Positions 9,214-19,873 of a stretch of 64,000 bases of DNA are shown here, piece after piece. This DNA is from an uncultured Acidobacteriota bacterium (lineage in GTDB: Bacteria; Acidobacteriota; Vicinamibacteria; Vicinamibacterales; UBA2999). Each line of letters opens with the position of its first letter. The first letter of the stretch is position 1. The notes beneath the pieces were generated by a model. It ran no database searches. It was not told the DNA's origin and saw only the letters and a program-made list of their open reading frames with translations. The stretch is taken from NCBI GenBank assembly GCA_963846425.1, contig CAWJVW010000002.1, positions 265,667-329,666 on the forward strand. Direction: 5' to 3'. A program made the translations under genes and the position numbers.

Positions 9214-9452
9214 ACTGTCGCGAGTGCGCCGAGTTTTTGGTCGACTACTGCTCCAGCGAGCTGGCCCCGGAGGTCCGTGCCACTTTCGAGCGGCATCTGA
9301 CGCTCTGCCCGAACTGCGTGACCTACGTAGAGCAGTATCGAGCGACCATCGAAGCGGGGAAAGCCGCGTTCGACGACGATGCAATTGAGGACTTTCCGGA
9401 GGAGTTGGTCCGCGCGATTCTTGCGGCGCGCCGCCACGAATCGCGGGACTAA
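9210..9452 (+). CDS. zinc-binding anti-sigma factor (ZAS-type, no TM segment)
   Basis: H-x3-C-x2-C motif (HLTLCPNC) plus an N-terminal Cys. Translationally coupled to the ECF sigma gene. Confidence 0.75.
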   Translation: MNCRECAEFLVDYCSSELAPEVRATFERHLTLCPNCVTYVEQYRATIEAGKAAFDDDAIEDFPEELVRAILAARRHESRD

Positions 9453-9465
9453 AGTCCCGCGATTC
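9438..9465. repeat. perfect 13-bp-stem palindrome GAATCGCGGGACT-aa-AGTCCCGCGATTC (REP-like, bidirectional terminator candidate)
   Basis: It contains the anti-sigma stop codon (TAA 9450-9452) and lies between convergent genes. A second imperfect copy is at 45337-45356. Confidence 0.6.
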
Positions 9466-9483
9466 AGTTTCGATTCATCCGGT

Positions 9484-10836
9484 CTACTGAATCGCTACGA
9501 GGTGCCCGCGGGTACGGAAAAACATCACGCCTTCCGAGATCGCTGGCGTCGCCATCGCCACTTCACCAAGCGGATTCACCGCCAGCTGCTCGAATGCGGT
9601 GCCCGCCTTCACGACGTAGACATCGCCTTCTTCGCTCGTGAAATAAATACGGCCGTTCGACGCAACGGGTGAAGCGCTGAAGCCGGTCCGCCCATCCGCC
9701 AGCCGGCTCTGATAGTGCCGCTGTCCCGTCTTCGCGTCGTAAACACTGAGGATGCCGTTGTCACGGCACACGTACAGCTCATCGCCATACACGAGTGGCG
9801 TTTGCATGTAGCCGCCATCTCGCGCATAGCTCCAGGCAATGTGCGCGTTGGAGGTTTCTCCTTCCTTCAAGGTGATGTCGCCTGTGGCCGTCGGTCGCAC
9901 GGCGTAGATCGGCGACATCTTGCCGTGCGCATTGGTGATGTAGATCAACCCATGCGCGGCGATTGGCGTCGGGACTGGAATGTCACCACCACCCGTCATC
10001 CGCCAGAGTTCCTTCCCGGTGGCGAGATCGTAGCCGCCGATGTGCTTCCACCCGTTGACGACGACCTGAGCCCGTCCGTCTGCGACATGAACCGCCGGTG
10101 TGCTCCACGTGGGGACATCGTTACGCGGAGTCCGCCACACTTCGCGGCCCGTGGCCACGTCGAACGCGGCCACGAACGATCCTTTTTGGACATCGACCTG
10201 AATGATGGCGCGATCCCCGTGAATCACGGGTGAACTGGCAAATCCCCACTGCGCGTCAGGCACCATGAAAAAGCCCGAGTCCAGAAGGCCGAGGTCTTTC
10301 TTCCACACTTCCTTACCGTTCATGTCATAGGCGTAGAGGCCTTCGGATCCAAAAAACGCGAGGATATAGCGACCGTCAGTCGCGAGTGTCGAGCTCGCAT
10401 GTGTTGACTTGGCGTGGCGTTTCACTTTTGGAACGCCAGTGTGTGCGGTCCGCTCCCACAGCTGCTTGCCGGTGTTCTTGTCGTAACACATCACGAGCCA
10501 GCGATGCGCCGTGCCGTCGATCACCGATGCAATGTCGCCGTAGAGGCCGACTTTCAACTGGGGATCGGGTTGTTCGCTGACCGAACTGGCCGTACACACG
10601 CGGTTTCCCCAGACGATAGGGCTCGAATGCGCAAGTCCGGGCACTGGCACACGCCACTTCAGATTCTTGTTGCTCGGGACGTTCCACGTCGTCGCCGTGG
10701 GAGGCCCCTCTGCCACGCCGCGTGCGGAGGGTCCGCGAAACGATGGCCAATCGATGCCAGGACGCGGGGTATCGCCAAACAACGCGACGCCCGACATCAG
10801 CCCAAGGGCGCAGAGCGACAGGGATAGCTTGACCAT
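9484..10836 (-). CDS. exported PQQ-like/BamB-like beta-propeller repeat protein
   Basis: Repeated propeller-blade pattern. Start moved to ATG 10836 (MVKLSLSLCALGLMSGVALFG signal peptide, GGTGAGG upstream). The longer track N-terminus has no homology-like features. Confidence 0.7.
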   Translation of the reverse strand: MVKLSLSLCALGLMSGVALFGDTPRPGIDWPSFRGPSARGVAEGPPTATTWNVPSNKNLKWRVPVPGLAHSSPIVWGNRVCTASSVSEQPDPQLKVGLYGDIASVIDGTAHRWLVMCYDKNTGKQLWERTAHTGVPKVKRHAKSTHASSTLATDGRYILAFFGSEGLYAYDMNGKEVWKKDLGLLDSGFFMVPDAQWGFASSPVIHGDRAIIQVDVQKGSFVAAFDVATGREVWRTPRNDVPTWSTPAVHVADGRAQVVVNGWKHIGGYDLATGKELWRMTGGGDIPVPTPIAAHGLIYITNAHGKMSPIYAVRPTATGDITLKEGETSNAHIAWSYARDGGYMQTPLVYGDELYVCRDNGILSVYDAKTGQRHYQSRLADGRTGFSASPVASNGRIYFTSEEGDVYVVKAGTAFEQLAVNPLGEVAMATPAISEGVMFFRTRGHLVAIQ

Positions 10837-10956
10837 TGCTACGACCTCACCATTAAGATTACGTGGAAACCGATTCTCCGCCGATTTCGCGGATGATGTC
10901 GATTTTATCTTGGGTCGAAACGAGTTTTTCAGGTGAGCCGAAGGGTGGAAGCGGGG

Positions 10957-11610
10957 ATGATTCCAGCGCGAGAGGCACTCGAACGATTGCGAGAAGGGAA
11001 TCGTCGCTTCGTGTCTGGCGTTCGGAGGAGCGAGATGTTCGCGAGCCACGCCAGACGCAGCGAGTTAACGGGCGGCCAGGAGCCTTTCGCCATCGTTCTC
11101 GGGTGTTCCGACTCACGGGTGCCCGCGGAGATTGTCTTCGACCAGGGACTGGGCGATCTGTTTGTCATTCGCGTTGCCGGCAACATCGTCGCGTCCTCCC
11201 AAATCGGCAGCGTTGAGTTTGCGGCAGAGCGGTTCGGCACGCCGCTGGTTGTGGTGCTGGGTCACTCTCGATGTGGGGCTGTTCTGGCCACACTGGAAGA
11301 GCTCATGCGCCCGCGGGAGGGTCAGTCGAGGAATCTCCGGTCGATCGTGGACCGCATTCGACCGTCAGTCGAGGCCTTGCTCTCGACCGAACTCAGGCAC
11401 GACTCGGAGGCTCTCGTGCGGCATGCCGTTCGCAGCAACGTGCGCGTTTCGGCAAACCATCTGCGACACGGGTCGGGAGTCCTCGAGCACTTGATCCACA
11501 GCGACGGACTCCTCGTGGTGGGCGCCGAGTATTCCCTCGAGACTGGGGTCGTTGACTTTTTCGACGGCGTTCCTGAGGTCGGATCCGCGGATACTCCCCT
11601 GTCCGCTTGA
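10957..11610 (+). CDS. beta-class carbonic anhydrase
   Basis: Zinc-ligand motifs LGCSDSRVP and VLGHSRCGAV. Alternative GTG start at 10933. Confidence 0.88.
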   Translation: MIPAREALERLREGNRRFVSGVRRSEMFASHARRSELTGGQEPFAIVLGCSDSRVPAEIVFDQGLGDLFVIRVAGNIVASSQIGSVEFAAERFGTPLVVVLGHSRCGAVLATLEELMRPREGQSRNLRSIVDRIRPSVEALLSTELRHDSEALVRHAVRSNVRVSANHLRHGSGVLEHLIHSDGLLVVGAEYSLETGVVDFFDGVPEVGSADTPLSA

Positions 11611-11629
11611 CCGTCCGGGACGCGGCCGC

Positions 11630-13135
11630 TCAGTTCGGAATCTGCAAATCCGGCATTGGCGGCGCGGCAAACAGCCGACGCGTTGGCGGTGCGAGCAGGC
11701 GAGCCCATTTCTCCGCGCGCGAGACGCGCGCACTGTCGGTCGCGATGCCCGTGTTGGCGTACATCTGACGATAGAGCTTGGAAATGAACACGAACGCCAA
11801 TCGAGACTTCAGCGACGGCGTACAGCTGGATCTCTTCCAGATATTCGGCAGGCTGTAGAACTGGTCCCACACAGCCTGTGTCCGATTACGGATCTCGTCA
11901 GGCGTCATGACGGGATGGGGTGAGTACACCTTGGGGCGTTGAGCCTGAGGGATGAGCCAGTGTCGCGTTATCGGGATGCCCGCAATGTATTTTTCCTCTT
12001 TCGACATGTGCTCTTCCCATCGATCGAAGTCGACGGTCCCAGGGAAGGGGGTGAGCATGACGAACTGCGCGAAAGTCACATCGGCGCGCTGCGCCAAAGC
12101 AGCCGTTGCCTCAAACGTTTCCGGACGGTCCGATGGCAATCCGAAAATGAAAGAACCGAGCACGTGGACACCGTGCTTTCGGAACTCCTGAAGCCGCTCG
12201 ACGAGTTCCTCGCCGGCGAAGTTGAAGTCCTTGTAGACATCCTTCAGGCCTTCCGGCGTCACGGATTCCACGCCGACAAGGGCGCCTTTGATGTTGGCCT
12301 TCTTCATCGCCTCGAGAAACTGCGGGTCTTCGGCCGCTTCCATGGTGATCTGCGTGAAGAACACCATGTCTCTCGGCAGTCTGGCGAGCCGTTCCATGAG
12401 CTCGAAGCGTTCGTCGCGAATCTGCTTCAGGTTGTTGAGCGTCGTCTTGTCCTCACGGCGATCCGCCATGCGCAGATCGTTGAGGGCGACGGGATAAAAA
12501 TTGTCGTCCGCGAGCGCGATGAATCGGAAGCCCTTGCGACGCAGTTCGACGATCTCCTCGATGACCGCGTCACTCGACCGGACGCGCGGCTTCTGGCCAT
12601 CGGTACGCCACACCGAGCAGAACGAGCAATGCTTGGGACAGCCCCGGACCGTTTGGACCGATGCCCACATGTAACGCTCGGGTGGCAGCAGATCCCAGCG
12701 GGCCTTCAGCAAGGATCCACCCTCGACGCGGCCGCCTTCGTAGATGCGCTCCGGGTTGCCATCGAGACACGCCTTGATCGTAAGTGGCCAGATGCGATCG
12801 CCGTCGCCTTTGACGACGGTATGGGCTTCACCGAGCTCCAGCGCCTCCTCCGGGTACAACGTTGCGTGGATGCCGCCGAAGATCACCTTGGCGCCCCGCT
12901 CCCGCGCGACGCGGCCAACCTCGTATCCCCTCAGAGCATTTCCGCTGTGAATGCCGATGCCGACGACATCGCCCGGGGAGATGGATTCGGGATCCAGTTG
13001 GACGAGCGTCTCGTCGACGATGGTCGGATCGCCGTACTCGGGGGGGGTGGCCGCCGCGAGCACATACAACCACCGTGGAGTAATGACCGCAACGCCAAAC
13101 GCGAGATGACTCGGATTGATGAGGTGAACACGCAC
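11630..13135 (-). CDS. B12-binding-domain radical SAM protein
   Basis: CxxxCxxC cluster motif CPKHCSFC preceded by a Rossmann-like B12-binding-type N-domain. GTG 13135 chosen because the upstream part of the 766-aa track ORF overlaps the TerC gene in another frame. Confidence 0.75.
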   Translation of the reverse strand: MRVHLINPSHLAFGVAVITPRWLYVLAAATPPEYGDPTIVDETLVQLDPESISPGDVVGIGIHSGNALRGYEVGRVARERGAKVIFGGIHATLYPEEALELGEAHTVVKGDGDRIWPLTIKACLDGNPERIYEGGRVEGGSLLKARWDLLPPERYMWASVQTVRGCPKHCSFCSVWRTDGQKPRVRSSDAVIEEIVELRRKGFRFIALADDNFYPVALNDLRMADRREDKTTLNNLKQIRDERFELMERLARLPRDMVFFTQITMEAAEDPQFLEAMKKANIKGALVGVESVTPEGLKDVYKDFNFAGEELVERLQEFRKHGVHVLGSFIFGLPSDRPETFEATAALAQRADVTFAQFVMLTPFPGTVDFDRWEEHMSKEEKYIAGIPITRHWLIPQAQRPKVYSPHPVMTPDEIRNRTQAVWDQFYSLPNIWKRSSCTPSLKSRLAFVFISKLYRQMYANTGIATDSARVSRAEKWARLLAPPTRRLFAAPPMPDLQIPN

Positions 13136-13161
13136 GCCGTAAGTGTAGTCGCTTTTGTGGT

Positions 13162-13917
13162 TTAGCGGGGAGGCTGGTCTTTCAGGAGTTCCGTTGCCGC
13201 ATCGTCGGTCTCTTGTGGGGGCCTCGGGCCAAGGCGTCGCGCATACCAGTACGCAATGCCAAATATCACCGCGATCAGACCCAGGGACAGCCACTTCGGG
13301 ATCTCGAAGGGCACCAGACCGATCGTGTGGAGATACTCGATCAGGAGCTTCACGCCTACCCACGCAATGATGACGAATGCTCCGTCCACCAGCGACGGAT
13401 AGCGCATGACCAGAGCGAGCAGCTGGCCAATTACCAGCCGCATCGCAATGATCCCGAGCACACCTCCGGTGATGATCACCCACAACTTGTTCGACATGGC
13501 GACCGCTACGAGGATCGAATCCACCGCAAAAACGATATCCGTGAGTTCGACTTTCGCCACGGTGCCCCAGAACGCGGAGAGGCCCAGCCAGGGCCGCGCT
13601 GGTTTGAAACTGCGTCGCTGTTCTACGTCCTCGTGACCCCAGAAATGCTGATACGACAAGTACAGCAAGTAGAGCGCACCAACGAGCTTCACCCAGGCAA
13701 CCTGGATCATGTACGCCGCAAACACCGTCGCTGTGATCCGGAACGCGAACGCGCCAAGGATGCCGTAGCGCAGTGCCTTTTGCTGCTGATGACGTGGGAG
13801 GCCGAGGACGAGGACTGCCAGCACCATCGCGTTGTCCGCACTCAGCAGGCCCTCGAGGGCGACGAGCAAGGCGATGGTGAGAAAATCTGTCGCGTGAACG
13901 TCGAGCACGTCGTTCAA
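13162..13917 (-). CDS. TerC-family integral membrane protein
   Basis: Polytopic protein of 251 aa with TerC-like sequence (LEGLLSADNAMVLAV). Confidence 0.8.
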   Translation of the reverse strand: MNDVLDVHATDFLTIALLVALEGLLSADNAMVLAVLVLGLPRHQQQKALRYGILGAFAFRITATVFAAYMIQVAWVKLVGALYLLYLSYQHFWGHEDVEQRRSFKPARPWLGLSAFWGTVAKVELTDIVFAVDSILVAVAMSNKLWVIITGGVLGIIAMRLVIGQLLALVMRYPSLVDGAFVIIAWVGVKLLIEYLHTIGLVPFEIPKWLSLGLIAVIFGIAYWYARRLGPRPPQETDDAATELLKDQPPR

Positions 13918-13932
13918 GTATATCCTTCACCC

Positions 13933-14613
13933 ATGAGCCCCGATGCGGTGCTCACCTGGCTGGCCCGCCGCGGCTCTCGCCGAAATCGCGACGGGATGGC
14001 GCGCTTCGGCATCCGCTCACCGAAAGCATTCGGCGTGTCGATGGCGACAATGCGTCCGCTCGTGCGCCGACTCGGGCGCGATCACGACCTCGCGCTGGCA
14101 CTGTGGAAGACCGGGTGGCTCGAGGCACGTGTCCTGGCTGCGTTGGTGGACGAGCCCGAGAAAGTCACGTCAGCACAAATGGACGCGTGGGCCGCGGCGT
14201 TCGACAACTGGGCCGTCTGCGACAGTATGTGCTTTCACCTGTTCGATCGTACGCCGCATGCGTGGAAGAAAGTCCGGGCATGGAGCCAGCGCAAGCCGGA
14301 ATTCACGCGCCGCGCGGCGTTTGCGACTCTTGCCGGCCTCGCTGTTCACCATCGCACGGCGACAGACGACGAGTTCAGGGCGATGCTGCCGCTCATCGAA
14401 CGGAGCGCAACTGACGATCGCAACTTCGTGAAGAAGGCGGTGAACTGGGCGCTGCGCCAGATTGGCAAGCGCAATCGACGGCTGCATCGTGCTGCTGTGC
14501 CCGTCGCGCGCCGCCTGGCGGCCTCGCCTGCCGCCGCGGCGCGATGGGTTGGCCGAGACGCCCTTCGCGAGCTGACCTCGGACGCTGTCCTCACGCGCGT
14601 TCGACGCCGGTGA
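13933..14613 (+). CDS. DNA alkylation repair protein (AlkD-like HEAT-repeat family)
   Basis: From in-frame ATG 13933 the sequence matches the family pattern (MRPLVRRLGRDHDLALALW, NWAVCD, RNFVKKAVNWALRQIGK). The upstream part of the track ORF is antisense to terC. Confidence 0.75.
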   Translation: MSPDAVLTWLARRGSRRNRDGMARFGIRSPKAFGVSMATMRPLVRRLGRDHDLALALWKTGWLEARVLAALVDEPEKVTSAQMDAWAAAFDNWAVCDSMCFHLFDRTPHAWKKVRAWSQRKPEFTRRAAFATLAGLAVHHRTATDDEFRAMLPLIERSATDDRNFVKKAVNWALRQIGKRNRRLHRAAVPVARRLAASPAAAARWVGRDALRELTSDAVLTRVRRR

Positions 14614-16513
14614 GCGCTTGCCGGATGCGCATCAGCTCGCCAAGCGACCACGCTTGAAACGGACACCCGCGCGGCGCATGGGGCGGGTCCCCATCCACGA
14701 TTTCAGAAACATGCCCCAGTCCTGCGTCCTCGAGATGGGCGATGAGCGGTCCGAGAAACCGCGTCCGCGCCTCCTCGATGAGGCCCGGCTCATCGCCATG
14801 CGTTCGGATCCAGGCGTCAACGAATGCGCCCATCAGCCATGGCCAGGCCGTCCCCTGATGGTAGGCGGCATCTCGACTCGAGGGATTGCCTTCATAGCGG
14901 CCGATGTACGCCGACGATTGCGGCGAAAGCGTCCGAAGCCCGAGCGGCGTCAACAGGTGCGACTCGACGGCGTCAACGACACGGCGCGCGCGGATGCCGT
15001 CGAGTACGGGAATCGGCAATCCCCCAACCGCGAAGATTTGATTTGGCCTGATGCTGTCATCAGTGGCGCCTGCGAGGTGATCCACGTCGATCACGTCCAA
15101 CAAACATCCGGTTGCTTCATTCCAGAAGCGCTCGTTGAACGATTGCCTGGCATGTTCCAGGATCGGCGGCCAACGCGACGACAACCGGGCGCCAACGGCG
15201 AGCGCGTTGATCCACAATGCCTGGATTTCCACGGGTTTCCCGATCCGCGGCGTGATGACGCGATCGCCGACACGCGCGTCCATCCACGTGAGTTGGACCC
15301 CGGCTACGCCACACGCCAGCAGTCCATCCGTGTCACACCGAATGCCATAGCGCGTGCCGCGGGCAAGGCCTTCGAGCACGCTGAGCATGACGGATTCGAG
15401 CCGCTGGCGGTCGTGTGCCGAGAGGATGTCGCCCGACGCGGTCAACGCGAGCAGTTCGCTCGACGCAATGATGTACCAGAGCGACGCATCGACCGCGTTG
15501 TACTCAGGAGGATCGGCACCGTCGGGAAACCGATTCGGCAACATCCCTTCCGAAACGGTGCTGGCCCACTCGAGCAAGATGTCACCCGCCTCCCTCCATC
15601 GGCGTGTGGTCAAGCAGAGACCGCGTAACGCGATGAACGTGTCGCGGCCCCAGTCCGTGAACCATGGATAGCCAGCCACGATTGTTTTGCCGACGCCACG
15701 CTGGACGAGATACGCATCGGCCCCGCGCGCCAGCGGATCAGCGAACTTACCGCGTCGACTGCGCTCGCCGCGAACGATGGTCTCAGCCTCCCCAAGAAGG
15801 TCGGTTGAAGCAGCGAGTGAAGAGACCGCAGGCTCGGTCCCCACTATCCAAACCGCTTGATCGCTGCTGAGGTCCCACCGCATCTTTCCTGGGCTCACAA
15901 GATCTTCGCGATCGTCGAGCCCGCGCGCCCGCTCGAGCGTGTAATGGAAATTGCGATACCAGCGCGGGTCGTCCACCCATTCGGCGTTGGTCGCATTACA
16001 GATCACGGGTAAATCTGGGTACGGATGCCACTGGAGCCCGCCATTTCTACGCCAAGTCGAGAGGTTGCAGGCGGCGTTCTCGTGTTGAAGCGAGTGGTAG
16101 TCGCGGCCCGAGATGAGAGGACGCACGTGCAGCGTGATACCGGCCTGACGTCGGGCAAGGGTCCACCGGAGGATAGTTCGCTGCGCCGGTGGCGTTGCCA
16201 GGACTTCGAGCGTCAGCGCATTGCCATCAGGCAAGGCGTATGTCCACGTCGGCCATGGCTCCCTGACGAACGCCGAGATTACGCGATGTCCCTCGGGGTA
16301 AATGACATTCCCGTCATAGCGCTGTGCAGTGAGGTCGATTCGGCCGTCAGGCGTTTCAAGCCAGCCGTCATGGCCATTCACGAGCATCACGCGGCCCGTC
16401 GGTGGCGTCGTCGCCACGAGCAACAAACCGTGATAGCGACGCGTCCGGATGGTGTTCACCGTTCCCGACGCGAACCCTCCCGTCCCATCGGCTTCGAGCC
16501 ATTCTGCTGTCAT
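14591..16513 (-). CDS. glycogen debranching enzyme family protein (amylo-alpha-1,6-glucosidase type)
   Basis: N-terminal EWLEADGTGGFASGTVNTIRTRRYHGLL plus a C-terminal (alpha/alpha)6 GDE_C-like region. ATG 16513 preferred over 16591. Confidence 0.8.
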   Translation of the reverse strand: MTAEWLEADGTGGFASGTVNTIRTRRYHGLLLVATTPPTGRVMLVNGHDGWLETPDGRIDLTAQRYDGNVIYPEGHRVISAFVREPWPTWTYALPDGNALTLEVLATPPAQRTILRWTLARRQAGITLHVRPLISGRDYHSLQHENAACNLSTWRRNGGLQWHPYPDLPVICNATNAEWVDDPRWYRNFHYTLERARGLDDREDLVSPGKMRWDLSSDQAVWIVGTEPAVSSLAASTDLLGEAETIVRGERSRRGKFADPLARGADAYLVQRGVGKTIVAGYPWFTDWGRDTFIALRGLCLTTRRWREAGDILLEWASTVSEGMLPNRFPDGADPPEYNAVDASLWYIIASSELLALTASGDILSAHDRQRLESVMLSVLEGLARGTRYGIRCDTDGLLACGVAGVQLTWMDARVGDRVITPRIGKPVEIQALWINALAVGARLSSRWPPILEHARQSFNERFWNEATGCLLDVIDVDHLAGATDDSIRPNQIFAVGGLPIPVLDGIRARRVVDAVESHLLTPLGLRTLSPQSSAYIGRYEGNPSSRDAAYHQGTAWPWLMGAFVDAWIRTHGDEPGLIEEARTRFLGPLIAHLEDAGLGHVSEIVDGDPPHAPRGCPFQAWSLGELMRIRQALTGVERA

Positions 16514-16726
16514 GTCAGAGAACACGAGTGAACCTTTCGTTGGGCCGGATTGATCCCTTAGCCGGGCCGCGTCAGCCCACGGCCAGGACAAATCACGACT
16601 AGCAATCCCTTGTCCAGCGACGCATCATCCCTCCGTTCCCCGCCTTTCGATGGCGGCGCTGAACGCCCGTTCCGCGAAACCGTTTCGGCGGGCTCGTGCA
16701 TCAGAGGCCACAACCGGAGGAGACAC

Positions 16727-19399
16727 TTGGACGCGACGGCAGAGGGGCGACGACTCGATGAGGACCGGGACCGCCAGCGACACTGGAAACGCTGGGGGCC
16801 GTATCTCAGCGAACGTGCGTGGGGCACTGTCCGCGAGGATTACAGCCCGTATGGTACGGCGTGGGACTACTTCCCCCATGACCATGCCCGGTCTCGAGCC
16901 TATCGATGGAACGAGGATGGCTTGGCCGGCATCTGCGACCGGCATCAGCGCATTTGCTTTGCCCTGGCGATGTGGAACGAACGAGATGCGATCATCAAGG
17001 AGCGGCTGTTTGGTCTGACGGGCAGCGAGGGCAACCACGGGGAAGACGTCAAGGAATACTACTTTTATCTGGATTCAACGCCGACGCACTCGTACATGCG
17101 GTGGCTCTATAAGTATCCACACGCTCCTTTCCCGTATGCCGATCTGGTGAACGAGAACCGTCGTCGAGGACGGCAGTCGCCGGAGTATGAGCTGTTCGAC
17201 ACAGGCGTCTTTGCCGAGAACCGCTACTTCGATGTCTTCGCTGAATACGCGAAAGCCGACCCGGACGACATCACAATCAAGGTTACCGTCATCAATCGCG
17301 GGCCCGATGCAGCGCGCCTACAGTTGTTACCAACCGTCTGGTTCCGCAATAGGTGGTCCTGGAATGACACTGTCGAGCGCCCGTCACTGGAACGGCACGA
17401 ACCGGTTGCGGGCGCGTCTGTTGTTGCGCTCGACGAACCGAAGTACGGCCGCATGTGGCTCTACTGTGATGGCCTGCCCGAATTGTTGTTCACCGAGAAC
17501 GACACCAACACCCGACGGCTTTTCGGCGCCGAGACGCGTGGCTTCTTCAAGGACGGTATCAACGATGCCGTTGTGAACGGGCACTCGAGCGCCGTATCGA
17601 CTGATGGGCGCGGCACCAAAGTCGCCGCAAGGTATCTCGCTGAAATCGACTCGGGCGAGACTGTCACTTTCCGTCTGAGACTCACCCACCGGTCGCCGTC
17701 ATCATTTCTCGACGGACCGTTCGACGCCGTGTTTGACGCGGTGTTCGTCGACCGCCGTGCCGAAGCCGACGAGTTCTATCAAACGGTGATTCCCGGCACG
17801 CTGGGACCCGATGCGCAGCTGGTGATGCGGCAGGCGTTCGCAGGCGTCCTCTGGTCCAAGCAGTACTACCACTACATCGTTCGAGACTGGCTGTCGGGCG
17901 ACCCGGCCCAGCCGGTGCCGCCACCCGAACGCAGAAATGGACGAAACCACGAGTGGGGTCACCTCTACAACGCGGATGTCATCTCGATGCCAGACAAGTG
18001 GGAGTACCCCTGGTATGCGGCATGGGACCTGGCATTCCACTGCGTGCCCCTGGCCCTCGTCGATGCGGAGTTTGCCAAGCACCAGCTCGTGCTGATGCTG
18101 CGCGAGTGGTACATGCATCCGAACGGGCAGTTGCCTGCGTACGAATGGGCGTTTGGCGATGTGAACCCTCCAGTGCACGCCTGGGCAGCCTGGCGCGTCT
18201 ACAAGATTGACAAGAAGCGGACCGGCGTTGGCGATCGCGTGTTCCTGGAACGGGTGTTTCAGAAACTTCTGCTGAATTTCACGTGGTGGATCAACCGCAA
18301 GGATGCCGAGGGCAACAACGTCTTCCAGGGCGGCTTCCTCGGGCTCGACAACATCGGCGTCTTCGATCGCTCGGCGGAACTGCCGACTGGCGGACGCCTC
18401 GAGCAGTCAGACGGCACCAGCTGGATGGCCATGTATTGCCTCAACATGCTCGCCATCGCGATGGAGCTGGCCCGCGAGAACACCGCGTATGAGGATCTCG
18501 CCAGCAAATTCTGGGAGCATTTCCTCTACATCGCACATGCAATGAACACGGGTGGCGACGATGGCAGCAGCCTGTGGGACGAGGGAGACGGGTTTTACTA
18601 CGACCTGCTTCATTTGCCTGACGGCTCGCGCCACCCGCTCAAAGTGCGGTCGATGGTCGGGCTCATTCCCCTGTTTGCCGTGGAAACACTGGAACCCGAT
18701 CTGCTCGATCAACTGCCGGATTTCAAGCGCCGGCTCGAGTGGTTTATCGTCAACCGCCCGGACCTGACGCAGCACGTCGCGTGCATGCGCACACCGGGCA
18801 GCGGCGAGCGGCGGCTGCTCGCTGTGGTCTGGCCCGATCGTCTCCGACAGGTCCTTCGCACGATGCTGGATGAAACAGAATTCCTCTCGCCGTATGGCAT
18901 TCGTGCGCTGTCGAAGCGCCACGAGCATGAGCCCTATGTCCTGTCGGTCAATGGCCACGATCATCGGGTGACCTATGAACCGGCCGAATCGTCGAGCGGC
19001 CTCTTCGGCGGCAACTCGAACTGGCGCGGTCCGATCTGGTTTCCGGTCAACTTCCTGCTGATCGAATCCTTACAGAAGTTTCATCACTACCTGGGCGACG
19101 ACTTTCGCGTCGAGTGCCCGACAGGGTCTGGCCACACGGCCTCGCTGGCCGAGGTCGCGACCCTGCTGTCGCTGCGGCTCTCCAACATCTTTCTGCGCGA
19201 CGGCGATGGACGCCGGCCTGTGCAGGGCGGGAACCGAGTGTTTCAGACGGACGACCACTGGCGTGATCTGGTGGCCTTCCATGAATACTTCCACGGGGAC
19301 ACGGGGACGGGCGTCGGCGCGAGTCACCAAACCGGATGGACTGCGCTGGTGGCCAAGCTCCTTCAACAGTCTGGCACGCGCAACCATTTCCAAACTTAA
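16727..19399 (+). CDS. GH63-like glucosidase (MGH1-like glycoside hydrolase)
   Basis: Conserved N-terminus [21 protein letters not shown] and a ~890-aa length. In-frame TTG 16727 has GGAGG 6 nt upstream. The track start at 16610 is also TTG but has no RBS. Confidence 0.8.
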   Translation: MDATAEGRRLDEDRDRQRHWKRWGPYLSERAWGTVREDYSPYGTAWDYFPHDHARSRAYRWNEDGLAGICDRHQRICFALAMWNERDAIIKERLFGLTGSEGNHGEDVKEYYFYLDSTPTHSYMRWLYKYPHAPFPYADLVNENRRRGRQSPEYELFDTGVFAENRYFDVFAEYAKADPDDITIKVTVINRGPDAARLQLLPTVWFRNRWSWNDTVERPSLERHEPVAGASVVALDEPKYGRMWLYCDGLPELLFTENDTNTRRLFGAETRGFFKDGINDAVVNGHSSAVSTDGRGTKVAARYLAEIDSGETVTFRLRLTHRSPSSFLDGPFDAVFDAVFVDRRAEADEFYQTVIPGTLGPDAQLVMRQAFAGVLWSKQYYHYIVRDWLSGDPAQPVPPPERRNGRNHEWGHLYNADVISMPDKWEYPWYAAWDLAFHCVPLALVDAEFAKHQLVLMLREWYMHPNGQLPAYEWAFGDVNPPVHAWAAWRVYKIDKKRTGVGDRVFLERVFQKLLLNFTWWINRKDAEGNNVFQGGFLGLDNIGVFDRSAELPTGGRLEQSDGTSWMAMYCLNMLAIAMELARENTAYEDLASKFWEHFLYIAHAMNTGGDDGSSLWDEGDGFYYDLLHLPDGSRHPLKVRSMVGLIPLFAVETLEPDLLDQLPDFKRRLEWFIVNRPDLTQHVACMRTPGSGERRLLAVVWPDRLRQVLRTMLDETEFLSPYGIRALSKRHEHEPYVLSVNGHDHRVTYEPAESSSGLFGGNSNWRGPIWFPVNFLLIESLQKFHHYLGDDFRVECPTGSGHTASLAEVATLLSLRLSNIFLRDGDGRRPVQGGNRVFQTDDHWRDLVAFHEYFHGDTGTGVGASHQTGWTALVAKLLQQSGTRNHFQT

Positions 19400-19417
19400 C
19401 CTGAGCCGTATCCGCAT

Positions 19418-19460
19418 ATTGACATGAATCGTATCAAGCCCAATACTTGATCCGTATCAA
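19418..19460 (+). promoter_or_regulatory. sigma-70-type promoter (TTGACA 19419-19424, N17, AATACT 19442-19447) overlapped by HAIR-like inverted repeats
   Basis: aTTGAca-N7-taTCAAg at 19418-19438 and ATCAAG-N7-CTTGAT at 19433-19451. There are four alternating TTGA/TCAA half-sites immediately upstream of hspR. Confidence 0.55.
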
Positions 19461-19813
19461 TGCTGGGCCCAGGTATGCCGGAAGAGCTGATTTTTATTTC
19501 GACGGCGGCCAGGATGCTGGGCATGCACCCGCAGACGCTCAGAAAATACGAGCGCCTCGGGCTGGTGCAGCCGTCGCGCACGATCGGCAGCATGCGCCTC
19601 TACTCGCGCGACGAGATCGAGCGGTTGAGGTTCATCAAGCGGCTCGTGGACGACATGGGGATCAATCTCGCGGGTGTGCAGCAGCTGCTGGATATCGCCG
19701 AGGTCATGCGCCGGATCCAGCCGCTTCTCCGAGACGATCAGTTGAGGCGCAACGAAACGCGTCGACGGCTCGCACGCGAAATCGGGAAGTTGAATCAACT
19801 ATTGGGCATCTAG
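19460..19813 (+). CDS. hspR: MerR-family heat-shock repressor HspR
   Basis: MerR HTH ISTAARMLGMHPQTLRKYERLGLVQPSRT. It sits directly upstream of a J-protein gene and clpB. Alternative ATG at 19475. Confidence 0.8.
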   Translation: MLGPGMPEELIFISTAARMLGMHPQTLRKYERLGLVQPSRTIGSMRLYSRDEIERLRFIKRLVDDMGINLAGVQQLLDIAEVMRRIQPLLRDDQLRRNETRRRLAREIGKLNQLLGI

Positions 19814-19873
19814 GTGCTGCCATTGTTCGGGCGGCCTGGTAGGGCCGGCGGGCAGGCCAACGCACAACGCAGA

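Noticed and set aside
10837-11049. 71-aa N-terminal extension of the PQQ-like propeller ORF
   Set aside because: The extension precedes a textbook signal peptide that starts at ATG 10836 with its own purine-rich RBS. The extension overlaps the carbonic anhydrase gene start on the other strand.
11630-13930. 766-aa track ORF as a single large protein
   Set aside because: Only the C-terminal ~500 aa look like a protein (B12-binding radical SAM). The N-terminal third is an out-of-frame read across the TerC gene (13162..13917), which has a convincing membrane-protein sequence of its own.
13213-13932. N-terminal 240 aa of track ORF 13213..14613
   Set aside because: This part is antisense to terC and has Arg/His-rich nonsense composition. 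The AlkD-like homology starts at in-frame ATG 13933.
13918-14100. Expected yybP-ykoY (Mn2+) riboswitch upstream of the TerC-family gene
   Set aside because: Only 15 nt separate terC from the divergent AlkD-like gene. The reverse complement of the region lacks the conserved GGGGAGUAG-type core, so I see no riboswitch.
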